Assembly: GCA_026014515.1 (NCBI GenBank)
Contig: JAOZIG010000286.1
Span: forward strand, 1-60,425
Origin: Candidatus Bathyarchaeota archaeon
GTDB lineage: Archaea > Thermoproteota > Bathyarchaeia > TCS64
DNA: 60,425 nucleotides
Direction of reading: 5' to 3'
A program made the translations under genes and the position numbers. The notes under the pieces are model-generated. The model saw nothing but the letters and a program-made list of their open reading frames with translations, did no database searches and was not told where the DNA came from. Position 1 is the first letter of the stretch. The number at the start of each line of letters is the position of its first letter. Of the stretch, positions 1-10,013 are shown in pieces.

Positions 1-801
1 TCCATGCATGTCGCCCCAGAATAGCTTGTACTTGGGCTCTTCCGTGAGCATCATTACTGGGTTTGACTCAGCTTTGTGCCCCATGTTATCCTTTATCTTG
101 ATGGTTTGCAGTCCTTTTTTATCCAGTTTGACACTGAACCTATGGGCTCCAATATCTGCTTCAGTGAACCTATAGGGATGAACATCAAGGCCATCAAAGC
201 TTACCGCTCCACGATAATCATCACACCTGTTACCATAACTATCCACAGCCCTGACAACTACCTCAAAGGGCTCTCCAACCGGGGCACCAGAAGGAGCTGA
301 GACATCTATTCTATCAATGTCACCGCCGATGATCTTGATCCTTGGAGATTCCGTTATCTCTTCAAAGAGCCCAGTCCCGAAAGGATCAACGAGAACCTTG
401 AAGATATGCTCCTGTTCCCTGAATGTCTGGGCTCGTAAACCGGGTGAGCCCTTGCTTTTATCACCGAGAACAATTGTAATAGTGTCTCCCTCATAGAGGC
501 TGCCGTCACGTACATCAACCTGAATGGCTGCCCTGAAGGGACGAATATGACCTCTCCTACTATACCTGTATTCTAAGCGTACCTTTCGGCTCGCAGAGAC
601 CGTGGTATACCCTGACCCCGATGGATCTGTGAACTGTGGTGATTCAATATCGCTGACACTTCTATGCGCGATCCTAATGCTGCCCCCATCATCAATACCA
701 TACTTCCCCACATGATACACAAGCGTCCATGACCCATAACCCCCAGCAACTACCCTGCTTGCTGGTGTTATCTCTGCGTCTCCAAGCCATCCTCTATCCA
801 T
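1..801 (-). CDS. Partial CDS (first 267 codons, continues past the left edge): hypothetical protein, possibly a PHP/DUF3604-like metal-dependent hydrolase
   Basis: Absent from the ORF track because no stop lies in the window. I checked every + strand triplet in phase over 1..801 and none is TTA/CTA/TCA, so the minus frame is open from ATG (801-799) to base 1. Translation: MDRGWLGDAEITPASRVVAGGYGSWTLVYHVGKYGIDDGGSIRIAH...EEPKYKLFWGDMHG. The terminal FWGDxHG resembles the first metal-binding motif of PHP-type hydrolases, but the family call is weak. Confidence 0.55.
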   Translation of the reverse strand, partial: MDRGWLGDAEITPASRVVAGGYGSWTLVYHVGKYGIDDGGSIRIAHRSVSDIESPQFTDPSGSGYTTVSASRKVRLEYRYSRRGHIRPFRAAIQVDVRDGSLYEGDTITIVLGDKSKGSPGLRAQTFREQEHIFKVLVDPFGTGLFEEITESPRIKIIGGDIDRIDVSAPSGAPVGEPFEVVVRAVDSYGNRCDDYRGAVSFDGLDVHPYRFTEADIGAHRFSVKLDKKGLQTIKIKDNMGHKAESNPVMMLTEEPKYKLFWGDMHG

Positions 802-855
802 AATAATCAGTAAAAGAAATGACTGAGAAGTATCTAAAACTAATCAAAAAAGAGG

Positions 856-2307
856 TTAAAGAGTCCTGCTTGGACCCGGACGGAAAATATCATGAGGCGC
901 AGCCTCAGAAGCACCACGCTCAGTAACAAGCGCCAGCTTCGCCTTCTCCCACACCTCTGGGATCGTAGATGCTCCTACATAGCCCATGGCTGCCTTCAAG
1001 CCGCCTGTGAACTCACCGAGAATCTCCTTGACTGGTCCCCTGTAGGGTACCCAGCCTTCTACTCCCTCGTTGATGGATTTGCTTGGTTTGCTGTATCTGT
1101 CCATGACGAAGCGTTTCTCACGAGCCTTGGCGCTGCCCATGCCATAGTATTCTTTGTAGTATCGTCCTTCCATAGCGACTAGCCTACCGGGGCTCTCGCT
1201 ACACCCAGCGAAGACGTTTCCCATCATGGCTGCACTTGCGCCTACCGCCATGGCTACTGCGACGTCACCGGGGTTTCTCATACCGCCGTCAGCTATTACT
1301 GGAATATCTGCACCATAGGTCTTGACTGCGTCAGCTACTTGGCTTGTGGCGTACATTGTGGGCGCTCCTGCACGTGTGACTACACTTGTGCTACAGATGC
1401 TACCGCTGCCTATTCCGACTCTGAGTCCAGCTACGCCATCAAGTTGTGTGATAATATCCTCGGCTGCCTGATAGGTACCGATGTTACCAACGATGACATC
1501 CGCCTCGACGTTCTTGATTATCTCCTTGGTTGCCTCGAAGCAGTTCTTGTTATGGAAGTGGCTAACATCAAGAACAAGGACATCAACGTACTTGTCCAGT
1601 GCCTTAGCTCTAGGTAAGTCAAAGGGGCTTGTCGCTGCTGCACAGAGCAGTCTGCCTTCCTCGTCTCTGACTGCTTCTTGGAACTTGCCTTTGAGGGTGA
1701 TGTCTTTCATCGTGATCAAGCCTTGTACTCGTCCATCCTTGTCTACGATGGGGAGTTTCTCGATCCTGTGGTCGTGGAGTATCTTCATTGCCTGCTCAAG
1801 GTCTGTGTCCTCGGTGCCTGTGATGACTTCCTCAGTCATCACATCACGGATCAATAAGTTGCTCTCAGCGAGACGAACGTCTCTCCAAGTCACTATTCCC
1901 TGTAGCTTGCTATCATCATCTACTACTGGGAAGCCTTTGATGTTATGCTCCTCCATGTGTTTTAGGAGCTCCTCTACTGTACTATCAGGGCTTACTGTTA
2001 CTACGTCCCTGATGATTACTGCCTCTGCGCGTTTTACCCTCCTCGCCATCTCCACTTCCTCTTTGGCGCTACAGTTCCTATGAAGTACTCCGAGGGCTCC
2101 TTCCCTTGCTAGGGCGATTGCCATCTCGGCTTCTGTTACTGTGTCCATGGGGCTTGCTATGAGTGGAATATTGATCTTGACGTTCTTTGTGACATTGGTC
2201 ATCACGTCTGCTTCGTTCGGTTCAAGTGTTGTCCAACCGGGAAGAAGAAGAACATCATTAAAGGTGAGGGCTTTTTCCGCATTCTCGAATTTTGAACGGA
2301 AACCCAA
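856..2307 (-). CDS. guaB: Inosine-5'-monophosphate dehydrogenase
   Basis: 483 aa. Catalytic-Cys loop [20 protein letters not shown] phosphate-binding motif, and a tandem CBS pair (..[12 protein letters not shown].. and ..[13 protein letters not shown]..) inserted in the barrel. Confidence 0.95.
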   Translation of the reverse strand: MGFRSKFENAEKALTFNDVLLLPGWTTLEPNEADVMTNVTKNVKINIPLIASPMDTVTEAEMAIALAREGALGVLHRNCSAKEEVEMARRVKRAEAVIIRDVVTVSPDSTVEELLKHMEEHNIKGFPVVDDDSKLQGIVTWRDVRLAESNLLIRDVMTEEVITGTEDTDLEQAMKILHDHRIEKLPIVDKDGRVQGLITMKDITLKGKFQEAVRDEEGRLLCAAATSPFDLPRAKALDKYVDVLVLDVSHFHNKNCFEATKEIIKNVEADVIVGNIGTYQAAEDIITQLDGVAGLRVGIGSGSICSTSVVTRAGAPTMYATSQVADAVKTYGADIPVIADGGMRNPGDVAVAMAVGASAAMMGNVFAGCSESPGRLVAMEGRYYKEYYGMGSAKAREKRFVMDRYSKPSKSINEGVEGWVPYRGPVKEILGEFTGGLKAAMGYVGASTIPEVWEKAKLALVTERGASEAAPHDIFRPGPSRTL

Positions 2308-2460
2308 TTCATTTACACCATTTTAAACCCCTAACTCTGTTACGCGCTTAATATAGTTTCTGGTTAAAGAGAATTGAAAATTAACCATTTTATGCAACTA
2401 ATCTGGGGATACCTCTTTTTAATCATGGAGCCCTGAATAAGATATTCTGGTGTCCCTCCG

Positions 2461-4401
2461 TTGAAGATAGTAAAAACCATGTGCACCCGCGACTGTCCAG
2501 ACGCTTGTTGGCTAGATGTAACCGTAGAAAACGATACTATCATCAAGATAGAGGCAAGCACCGAGAACCCATTCACCAACGGAATAACATGCCCCAGAGC
2601 CGCAGGAGACCCCCTAAGAGTAACAAGCATGGAACGAGTGCTCTACCCATACGTCAGGAAACCAAGTCCAGAAACAGGCTACAATAAGGTAGAGCGGAGT
2701 CAAGCACTGGACCTAGTTGAGGAGAAGCTCAAAAACACCATCAAGAATCATGGACGAGAATCAGTTCTACTGCTTGACTACGCCGGGAACACAGGGTACC
2801 TAACCATTGGATACAGTAAACGCCTCTGGAACGCCCTCGGAGTCACCATGACAGACTATACCGTCTGTTCTGCAAGCGGTCATGCTGGTATAGGGCTCCA
2901 CTATGGGTTGACCTATGGTCAGAGTCCACTGGATTTGGAGAAAAAGAAAAACATAGTCTTCTGGGGCTTTAACGCGAAAACCAGTAGCCCCCATCAATGG
3001 GCACTCGCTACTAGGGCTAGACGTGTAAATGATACTAAGATTATCGTGGTTGATCCCCGTGAGTCTGATACCGCTGAACTTGCCAATCTATGGATATGTC
3101 CTAAGCCGGGAACCGATGTGGCGCTTGCCTATGGTATAGCACATTATCTGATCACCAATGACATGGTTGACCTTGATTTCATCGAGAAACACACCCAAGG
3201 ATACGCAGATTACAAGGAAGAAGCCCTAAAATGGACGCCTGAAAGAGTCCAAAAAGTAACAGGGGTAAGCTGGAAAGGCGTAGAGGAAATTTGTTTGATG
3301 CTACGTGGGTCTCCCACCGTATTCATGATTGGATTAGGCTTGAACAAGAGCCAGACCGGGGCAGAGTCATGCAGGGCAGTCTCACTCCTACCAGCGTTAC
3401 TGGGAGAACACAGGGGATTCTATTACACTAACAGCCGTGGAACCATCATAGACGGAGACATCTACGGAGGCTCACTGACGGAGAAGAAACCGAAAGTAGT
3501 GAGCTTGATTAGCATAGGAGAGAGGCTTGCTGCTGGAGAGTTCAAGTTCGTATACGTCGTTGGGATGAACCCAGTATTGACACTACCCGACAGCCATAGG
3601 CTCATTGAAGGATTCAAACGAGAAGACTGTTTCCTAGTTGTCCACGACACTCATCTAACAGAGACAGCACAGCTAGCAGACGTCGTGCTCCCAGCCACAA
3701 CATACCTTGAAAAAACCGATGTTATCGTCTCAGATTGTCACCCATTCGTCAGGTTAGCCAATAAAGCCATCGAGCCCTTGGGTGAGAGCATGGACGAGTA
3801 TCCGTTGATGCTGGAATTATCCAATAGACTTGGGGTATCCGAGTCTTGGGTTCATATTGATCCATGGAAAGACATGGAACATAACTTTAGAGACGCTTTC
3901 ATTGATGGAGATTTCAATGACTTGCTCGATGGAAAGAGCCTCCAACTATACTACAGACCCATAGTCGAGTATCAGACCCCATCAGGCAAGATAGAGTTCG
4001 CATCAAATTCGGTTTCGGGGAATATCTCTTCTCTTCCAAAGCAGCTTGAGGTCACAGTTGATGATGACGAGTTCATAATGCTGAACAGCTCCTTACCACA
4101 GTATACACACACCCAGTTCAGAGACGTATACAATGACATCCCATGCACCGTATGGGTAAACCCAGTAGACGCAGAGAAACACAGCATCACCGATGGCGAA
4201 AAACGCATCATCTACAACGAGAAAGGCGAACTAGAGGTCACAGTAAAGATAACAGACCGAGTTATACCGGGGGTAATCTGGGCACCAAGAGAGCTTATTG
4301 ATGAAAAAGGAAACCCCCAGAACGGGTTAGCACAGGGAACACCACAGCTCATAGGCGGTGGACCCATGTTCAATACAATAAAAGTCAGGTTCAAGGAGTA
4401 A
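2461..4401 (+). CDS. Molybdopterin-dependent oxidoreductase (MopB superfamily), cytoplasmic
   Basis: 646 aa. N-terminal CxxCxxxC...C [4Fe-4S] motif (CTRDCPDAC...CPR). Length and layout are typical of bis-MGD enzymes. No signal or Tat motif. TTG start at 2461, with an alternative ATG at 2479. Confidence 0.85.
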   Translation: MKIVKTMCTRDCPDACWLDVTVENDTIIKIEASTENPFTNGITCPRAAGDPLRVTSMERVLYPYVRKPSPETGYNKVERSQALDLVEEKLKNTIKNHGRESVLLLDYAGNTGYLTIGYSKRLWNALGVTMTDYTVCSASGHAGIGLHYGLTYGQSPLDLEKKKNIVFWGFNAKTSSPHQWALATRARRVNDTKIIVVDPRESDTAELANLWICPKPGTDVALAYGIAHYLITNDMVDLDFIEKHTQGYADYKEEALKWTPERVQKVTGVSWKGVEEICLMLRGSPTVFMIGLGLNKSQTGAESCRAVSLLPALLGEHRGFYYTNSRGTIIDGDIYGGSLTEKKPKVVSLISIGERLAAGEFKFVYVVGMNPVLTLPDSHRLIEGFKREDCFLVVHDTHLTETAQLADVVLPATTYLEKTDVIVSDCHPFVRLANKAIEPLGESMDEYPLMLELSNRLGVSESWVHIDPWKDMEHNFRDAFIDGDFNDLLDGKSLQLYYRPIVEYQTPSGKIEFASNSVSGNISSLPKQLEVTVDDDEFIMLNSSLPQYTHTQFRDVYNDIPCTVWVNPVDAEKHSITDGEKRIIYNEKGELEVTVKITDRVIPGVIWAPRELIDEKGNPQNGLAQGTPQLIGGGPMFNTIKVRFKE

Positions 4402-4434
4402 TCGTTTTACCATTTACCCCTCCTCTATTGTGGC

Positions 4435-5589
4435 ATGAAGATACTTGAAGACATACGAGTACTGGACCTAACACAGTTCTGGTTCGGACCATTCTGCACC
4501 ATGATGCTAGCAGACATGGGAGCAGAAGTAATCAGAATCGAGCCACCATGGGGCAGCGTAGACCGCCTCGCAGACGCTTATATCGCTGGGGGAAGCAGCT
4601 ACACGTTCCATCAACTGAACCTGAACAAGAAGGGTTTGACGTTGAACCTGAAAACAGAGGAAGGACTTAGAGTCTTCAAAGACCTAGTGCCAAAAGCCGA
4701 CATTGTTGTACAAAACTTCAGACCTGGAACCATGGAAAGACTCGGACTCGGCTACGATGTACTCAAGGAACTAAACCCCAAGCTAATATACGCAGCATTA
4801 AGCGGCTTCGGGCAAACAGGACCATACACAGCTCGACCATGTTTTGCTCCCATAGCTGAAGCCATGAGTGGTCACACAAGGTTGACCGGTGATGGTGTTG
4901 ATCCAAATGGTCCACCCATCGAGATGGCGCAAGCATATGGTGACCTTGGACCCGGGTTATTCGCCGCCATGAGTATAATCGCGGCTATCAGACACAGGGA
5001 CCAGACTGGTGTAGCTCAGATGATTGATGTCGCCCAGTTTGACTGCATGACCGCCCTAAACATGGCGATAACCGGCTACAATCTATCGGGGATGCTTCTT
5101 CACGAGATACAAGACAAGTATCCTATGGCAAGGGGATTCGGTGGGCTCTTCAAGGCAAAAGACGGGTACATCAGACTAGCCAGTTTTAGCCCCAGACTCA
5201 TCGATGATCTACGAGAATACATGGGCGTAGATGAGGTAACCGAGGACTTGATCGAGGAAATGGTCAAAGAGATGACCCGAGATGAAGCGGTTGCATACTT
5301 TGTGGCTGCTCGTGTCCCTGTTGCACCTGTTTACAAGCTCAATGATGTCGTTGAGGATGAACACCTTATCGAGAGAAATATGTTCACCACGGTACAGCAC
5401 AAGAACGCTGGACCAGTGAAGGTAGTAAATTTCCCAGTTAAGTTCAGCGAGACCCCTATCCAAGTTGAGAATGCTTCCCCAATCATCGGAGAACATAATG
5501 AATCAGTACTCAGAGGCCTACTTGGCTACGGCGACGAGGAGATAGATGCCTTGAAGAAAGCTAATGCAATCGCGGAGAGATCACAATGA
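4435..5589 (+). CDS. Family III CoA-transferase (CaiB/BaiF family)
   Basis: 384 aa. The N-terminus LEDIRVLDLTQFWFGPFCTMMLADMGAEVIRIEPP and the segment VVQNFRPGTMERLGLGY are characteristic of the family. Confidence 0.9.
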   Translation: MKILEDIRVLDLTQFWFGPFCTMMLADMGAEVIRIEPPWGSVDRLADAYIAGGSSYTFHQLNLNKKGLTLNLKTEEGLRVFKDLVPKADIVVQNFRPGTMERLGLGYDVLKELNPKLIYAALSGFGQTGPYTARPCFAPIAEAMSGHTRLTGDGVDPNGPPIEMAQAYGDLGPGLFAAMSIIAAIRHRDQTGVAQMIDVAQFDCMTALNMAITGYNLSGMLLHEIQDKYPMARGFGGLFKAKDGYIRLASFSPRLIDDLREYMGVDEVTEDLIEEMVKEMTRDEAVAYFVAARVPVAPVYKLNDVVEDEHLIERNMFTTVQHKNAGPVKVVNFPVKFSETPIQVENASPIIGEHNESVLRGLLGYGDEEIDALKKANAIAERSQ

Positions 5590-6290
5590 AATACGATATA
5601 ACAGGAGTCCTGTCCACGTACCCGGAAATCCACATAGGCGTTCTTGTAGGGCGAGGCATGGATAACAAAGGCCAAGTTCCAGAACTCTATGGACTACAAA
5701 AAGAAGCCATCAAATCAGCTCAGAAACAGATTGGAGACCAACCACCCACCAAACACCCCCACATAGCATCATGGCGAGAGCTCTACAGAAGCTTCGGAAC
5801 AAAAGCAGGAGATTACAGGCCATCAGCCGAGGCACTAGTCCGACGCTGCATCAATGAGGAGAAACTACCACGTATCAATAACGCCGTAGACCTCTACAAC
5901 GTAGTCTCAGTTAAACACGTTATACCCATGGGTGGCTTTGACTTGGAGCATGTTGAAGGCGATATTTACCTCAGGTACAGTGAGGGTGGAGAAACTTTCA
6001 TACCCCTTGGACCCGGAACACCAGAGGAAACCTATGATGGAGAAGTAGTTTACGCCGATAATCAGCGGATACTGACTCGTCGCTGGAACTATCGTGACGC
6101 TGATGCCACCAAGATCACTGAAGAAACCACGAATTTAGTGATGTTTCTTGATGCCTCACCTGTGATAAGCGTAGAAAAAGTAAGAGAGGCAGTAGAGGAG
6201 CTACGGACCCTTTATGAAAAACACTGTGGCGGAGAATACACCATAGAAATAGCGTGTAAAGAAAACCCGGTAATAGAGTTGGGAGGCTAA
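5586..6290 (+). CDS. B3/B4 tRNA-binding-like domain protein
   Basis: 234 aa. HIASWRELYRSFGTKAGDYRPSAEALVRR and INNAVDLYNVVSVKHVIPMGGFD match stand-alone B3/B4 (PheT-like) domain proteins. ATGA overlap with the upstream CoA-transferase stop suggests translational coupling. Confidence 0.7.
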   Translation: MKYDITGVLSTYPEIHIGVLVGRGMDNKGQVPELYGLQKEAIKSAQKQIGDQPPTKHPHIASWRELYRSFGTKAGDYRPSAEALVRRCINEEKLPRINNAVDLYNVVSVKHVIPMGGFDLEHVEGDIYLRYSEGGETFIPLGPGTPEETYDGEVVYADNQRILTRRWNYRDADATKITEETTNLVMFLDASPVISVEKVREAVEELRTLYEKHCGGEYTIEIACKENPVIELGG

Positions 6291-7438
6291 GCCTCCACGT
6301 TATACTTGTCGTATAGCTTGTGTAGTAGCGTGTTCAGCTCCTTGGCTCTTTCCTCAGACTCACTTGGTTTAAGCTCTGGGCACTCATAGCCAACAACTTC
6401 ACGCATATACTCGACATTCTTCTCACAGAAGACGACGGTACCATCATCCTTGATCTTCTCAATACCATCAATCTTTCCGCCCTCCTCATTGATCCTGATA
6501 GCCTCCTCACGACTGATACCCGGTAAAACCACTTTTGCACCACTTCGACCTAGCTGCGTTGGGTAACCTCCCGGCAAGCCTTCGACACCAGTAACACAAG
6601 TGTGGACCTCATTGGTATCATAATATATCGCCAATACGTGCTTCAGGAAGCTGCTTGCAGTCCTCATCTGGTCTACAAGGGCACTCTTGTACTGAGTCAC
6701 TACACCGTAACCTGCTTCTTGGTAGAGTCGTGTGATTTTCTCGTTTGGCCATTGATCCGAGACATCTTCCCCATCAACTATGACCTTCACGTAGTATGGT
6801 CCGTTCATTCTCGCTGTATAATATGCTCCATGGTGTCCTACACCGTAAAGCTGTACAGATCTGAATGGTACCTTCATGGTTCTAGCGATAACACGTTTAA
6901 CCCGTCCTAGTCCAAGGTCCATGTTACCGCCACCACATGTAGGCTCTAATCCTAGTTTGCTGAGCACCACGTTGGTTGCGTCTGGGAAGGCACCGTTCAC
7001 TACATTGGTCTCGATACCTGATTTCTTCACCGCTAACATCAGCTTATGAGCTAGTGTAAGGTGGTTTGGAAGCCATGGTCCCACTGGACCTACCTTCTTG
7101 TAATCCTCTGGCGGCAATAGTCTTGTTATCCACCATGAACCCAAGCTGGCTAGGTTGCATATGACCTTTGGTTGGTGTACCTTGAGGAACTCAGCTGTAC
7201 CGTTGATATCGAATAAGTTGATACTCTCAAAGCTTAGATCAGGGTAGAACCCAAAGTTGTGAGCCGTATGAAGCGCCTCCTCTACCTCAAAACGACCCTT
7301 TTCTTCGTCAACATCAGCGCCAATAACCTTAATGGGCGTACCCATACTGGCTATCTGATACATCATATCGTGACCCACGCTACCCGCGGACCCGATTAAA
7401 AGAATGCTGTCAAGCATGACACATCCAATAGTATCCAC
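6287..7438 (-). CDS. NAD(P)-binding Rossmann-fold dehydrogenase, saccharopine-dehydrogenase-like (tandem paralogue 1)
   Basis: Glycine-rich N-terminus ILLIGSAGSVGHDM. Collinear with the neighbouring paralogue over the whole length. Comparison with that paralogue (MDSILLIGS) suggests the true start is the internal Met at 7417 (MLDSILLIGS). Confidence 0.8.
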   Translation of the reverse strand: MDTIGCVMLDSILLIGSAGSVGHDMMYQIASMGTPIKVIGADVDEEKGRFEVEEALHTAHNFGFYPDLSFESINLFDINGTAEFLKVHQPKVICNLASLGSWWITRLLPPEDYKKVGPVGPWLPNHLTLAHKLMLAVKKSGIETNVVNGAFPDATNVVLSKLGLEPTCGGGNMDLGLGRVKRVIARTMKVPFRSVQLYGVGHHGAYYTARMNGPYYVKVIVDGEDVSDQWPNEKITRLYQEAGYGVVTQYKSALVDQMRTASSFLKHVLAIYYDTNEVHTCVTGVEGLPGGYPTQLGRSGAKVVLPGISREEAIRINEEGGKIDGIEKIKDDGTVVFCEKNVEYMREVVGYECPELKPSESEERAKELNTLLHKLYDKYNVEA

Positions 7439-7468
7439 CTAGTAACGATAAAAAATTTGAGATGAAGC

Positions 7469-8596
7469 CTACTTCGCCACATTATACTTGTCGTAGAGCT
7501 TCTTCAAGAGACTGTTTAACTCACGTGCACGTTCCTCGGACTCGCTAGGCTTCAACTCTTTACAATCGTAGCCCACTACCTCACGCATATACTCCACGTT
7601 CTCGTCACGGTAGACTACGGTTCCATCGTCCTTGATACGCTCAATTCCGTCACATTGAGCACCAGCCTCGTTGATCTTGATGGCTTCCTCAAGACTAAGA
7701 TCAGGTATTGTAACCTCTGCACCATTTTCTCCAAGTCTACACGGATATGCCCCGGGTAACCCTTTAGGTGCTGGCACACACTCCATCATCTCATTAGTAT
7801 CATAGTAGACAGCCAAGACATTCTTCAGGAAACTCGCACTGGTTCTCATCTGATCAACCAAGGCTCCAGCGTACTGTGCGCTTTTTGCGTATCCTGCTTC
7901 AGCATACATGTCTCTTAGCTTCGTATTTGGGTACTTTTTCGTAACGTCTTCCCCATCCACCAGTATCTTAACCCAGAAAGGAGCATCCATACGCTTCGTA
8001 TAGAAAGCACCATGATGACCCACACCATATATCTTAACACTCCTGTATGGAACACCAAGTTCCCGGGCGATAATCCGCTTAAACCTGAAGATACCTAGGT
8101 CCATGTTGCCACCGCCACAGACAGGAGCCATACCAAGTTTGCCGAGTACCACGTTTGTCGCGTCAGGGAACGCTCCGTTCACCACTTTAATGTCCAATCC
8201 TGTCTTCTTAATCGCCTGCATAAGCTTCATCGCTAAAGTCAAGTGGTTAGGTAACCAAGGACCAATGGGGCCAATCTTCTTGTACTCCTCATCAGGAAGA
8301 AGCCGAGTAATCCACCATGAACCGAGACTCGCAAGATTACATACTACCTTAGGTTGAAGAATCTCCAGCTTCTCAGCTGTACCTTCTATATCAAAGAGAT
8401 CAATCTTCTCAAAGCTCAGGTCAGGGTAGAACCCGAAGCTATGGGCGATGTGTAGGCTTTCCTCTATCTCGAATCTGCCTTTTGTCTCGTTTACATCTGA
8501 GCCGATTACCTTGATGGGGAGCCCCATGCTGGCTATCTGGTACATCATATCGTGACCTACACTGCCAGCCGAACCGATAAGCAATATACTGTCCAT
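7469..8596 (-). CDS. NAD(P)-binding Rossmann-fold dehydrogenase, saccharopine-dehydrogenase-like (tandem paralogue 2)
   Basis: 375 aa. By eye, most positions are identical to the 6287..7438 product (for example NLASLGSWWITRLLP, GPWLPNHLTLA, VVNGAFPDATNVVL, CGGGNMDLG, YGVGHHGA, ELKPSESEERA.ELN.LL.KLYDKYNV). Confidence 0.85.
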   Translation of the reverse strand: MDSILLIGSAGSVGHDMMYQIASMGLPIKVIGSDVNETKGRFEIEESLHIAHSFGFYPDLSFEKIDLFDIEGTAEKLEILQPKVVCNLASLGSWWITRLLPDEEYKKIGPIGPWLPNHLTLAMKLMQAIKKTGLDIKVVNGAFPDATNVVLGKLGMAPVCGGGNMDLGIFRFKRIIARELGVPYRSVKIYGVGHHGAFYTKRMDAPFWVKILVDGEDVTKKYPNTKLRDMYAEAGYAKSAQYAGALVDQMRTSASFLKNVLAVYYDTNEMMECVPAPKGLPGAYPCRLGENGAEVTIPDLSLEEAIKINEAGAQCDGIERIKDDGTVVYRDENVEYMREVVGYDCKELKPSESEERARELNSLLKKLYDKYNVAK

Positions 8597-8726
8597 TATT
8601 CCTCAGTGAGGGTTAGATCAAGAAGTATTAAAAATTTCAATATTTGTTGAAATAATAATCATACATATAATATTCAGTAAATAATTCCACTAAGTAATAT
8701 ATAGTTAAAATAACCATATTCAAAAC

Positions 8727-10013
8727 ATGCTCACCAAAAGAACCCTACTGGTTACTCTACTTATCGCAACACTCGCTCTCCCGACAGTATATGGTCAGGA
8801 GACAACGCCCACATCTCTAGACATTACGGTGTACAGTGACGGAACAGCGAAAACAGTATACGATCTAGAAGCAGACCCTACAGAGGTTCGTGTATCCGTT
8901 GAACTCTTTGGACCCCCCTATAGCAATCTGGTTATCAGAGATGAAGATGGAAACCCTCTTGGTTATGCAGTTGATGGAGCTAACGTTACTATAGACAGTA
9001 TTGGAGCCCTTGAACTGAATATCCAGTACATAACCTCCTCTCTTACAGCAAAATATGGCAGCCTCTGGGAGCTAAACGTATCTGCTCCCACAGAAACAAG
9101 AATTATTCTTCCCTCTGGGGCATCAATCGTTGACTTCTTAATGCTCCCAATAAATATCGGAGTAGTAGATGGTAAGACCTATCTCGACTTTGAAGCCGGG
9201 GAACTTTCCCTCTACTATCTACTAGGATTACCTAGTATCGCGGTTGACGCGGATGAAGCCATAAACACCGCAGATGAATATATCACAGATATGGCTGGAG
9301 ACGGATATCAGTTGGAATCAGCTGAATCAATGCTAAGTCAAGCCGAAACCCTCTACACCCAAGGATCATATCTTGAAGCAAAAAATCAGGCAGAAGCAGC
9401 ACTACGATCAGCTCAAGACACTGTAGATGACGCTGATAACGCTGAAAACGCAATTTTACGCGCCGAGACCGCTATAAACGAAGCCGTTGCCGAGGAAAGG
9501 ACAGTAAATCTGGCTGCCGCTGAGACCGCATATGCTTCTTCTGTTGATCTATTTGATGAAGGTAATTACGTTGAAGCTGAGAATGTAGCAAATCAGGCAT
9601 ATCAGCTTGCATTACAGGCTGAAACCGAGCCCAGTGGAGGAAACACCATGCTCTACGCTGGTTTACTGGTGCTATTATTGGCAGCTGGAGGCGGTGGATA
9701 CATGTATATGCAGAAAAACAAGATGGGTGACGATGGTATTGTTCCCCATACGAAACAACAGGCCGAGATAGACCTCGATAAAATACTCAATGAACATGAC
9801 TTGAAGTTGGAAGACAGGGAGGTTTTACGGTTTATAGCCGATTCTCAGGGAGAAGTCTTCGCTTCAGAGATACGAGACCGCTTTGAGATGCCTCGTTCCA
9901 CTACATGGAGGCTCATTCAGAGGCTTAAAGACCTTGAAATTATCGAGGAAGTGAAGATCGGGAACCAGAGTCTTCTCCGGATCGATGCCCGGTATCATCG
10001 GGAGGTTGAATAA
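8727..10013 (+). CDS. Membrane-tethered winged-helix transcription regulator with a large extracellular domain
   Basis: 428 aa. Signal peptide (LLVTLLIATLALPTVYGQE), a beta-rich then helical A/E/N-rich ectodomain, a TM helix (MLYAGLLVLLLAAGGGGYMYM), and a cytoplasmic C-terminal wHTH (REVLRFIADSQGEVFASEIRDRFEMPRSTTWRLIQRLKDLEIIEE). Confidence 0.75.
   Translation: MLTKRTLLVTLLIATLALPTVYGQETTPTSLDITVYSDGTAKTVYDLEADPTEVRVSVELFGPPYSNLVIRDEDGNPLGYAVDGANVTIDSIGALELNIQYITSSLTAKYGSLWELNVSAPTETRIILPSGASIVDFLMLPINIGVVDGKTYLDFEAGELSLYYLLGLPSIAVDADEAINTADEYITDMAGDGYQLESAESMLSQAETLYTQGSYLEAKNQAEAALRSAQDTVDDADNAENAILRAETAINEAVAEERTVNLAAAETAYASSVDLFDEGNYVEAENVANQAYQLALQAETEPSGGNTMLYAGLLVLLLAAGGGGYMYMQKNKMGDDGIVPHTKQQAEIDLDKILNEHDLKLEDREVLRFIADSQGEVFASEIRDRFEMPRSTTWRLIQRLKDLEIIEEVKIGNQSLLRIDARYHREVE

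Noticed and set aside
76-300. 74-aa plus-strand ORF at the left edge
   Set aside because: It lies antisense inside a longer uninterrupted minus-strand frame (1..801) that has protein-like composition and a plausible start.
1481-2083. 200-aa plus-strand ORF, and similar long antisense ORFs (for example 10826..11161, 12814..13134, 25420..25821, 27288..27668, 35794..36174, 47093..47542, 50574..51119, 54256..54621, 54352..54714)
   Set aside because: Each lies fully inside a much longer opposite-strand gene with clear family motifs. The translations are S/L/R/P-rich shadow frames with no motifs.
2308-2460. Possible purine riboswitch between guaB and the Mo-oxidoreductase gene
   Set aside because: I could not trace a conserved purine-riboswitch junction sequence or three-way junction by eye. 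The region looks like an ordinary AT-rich divergent promoter.
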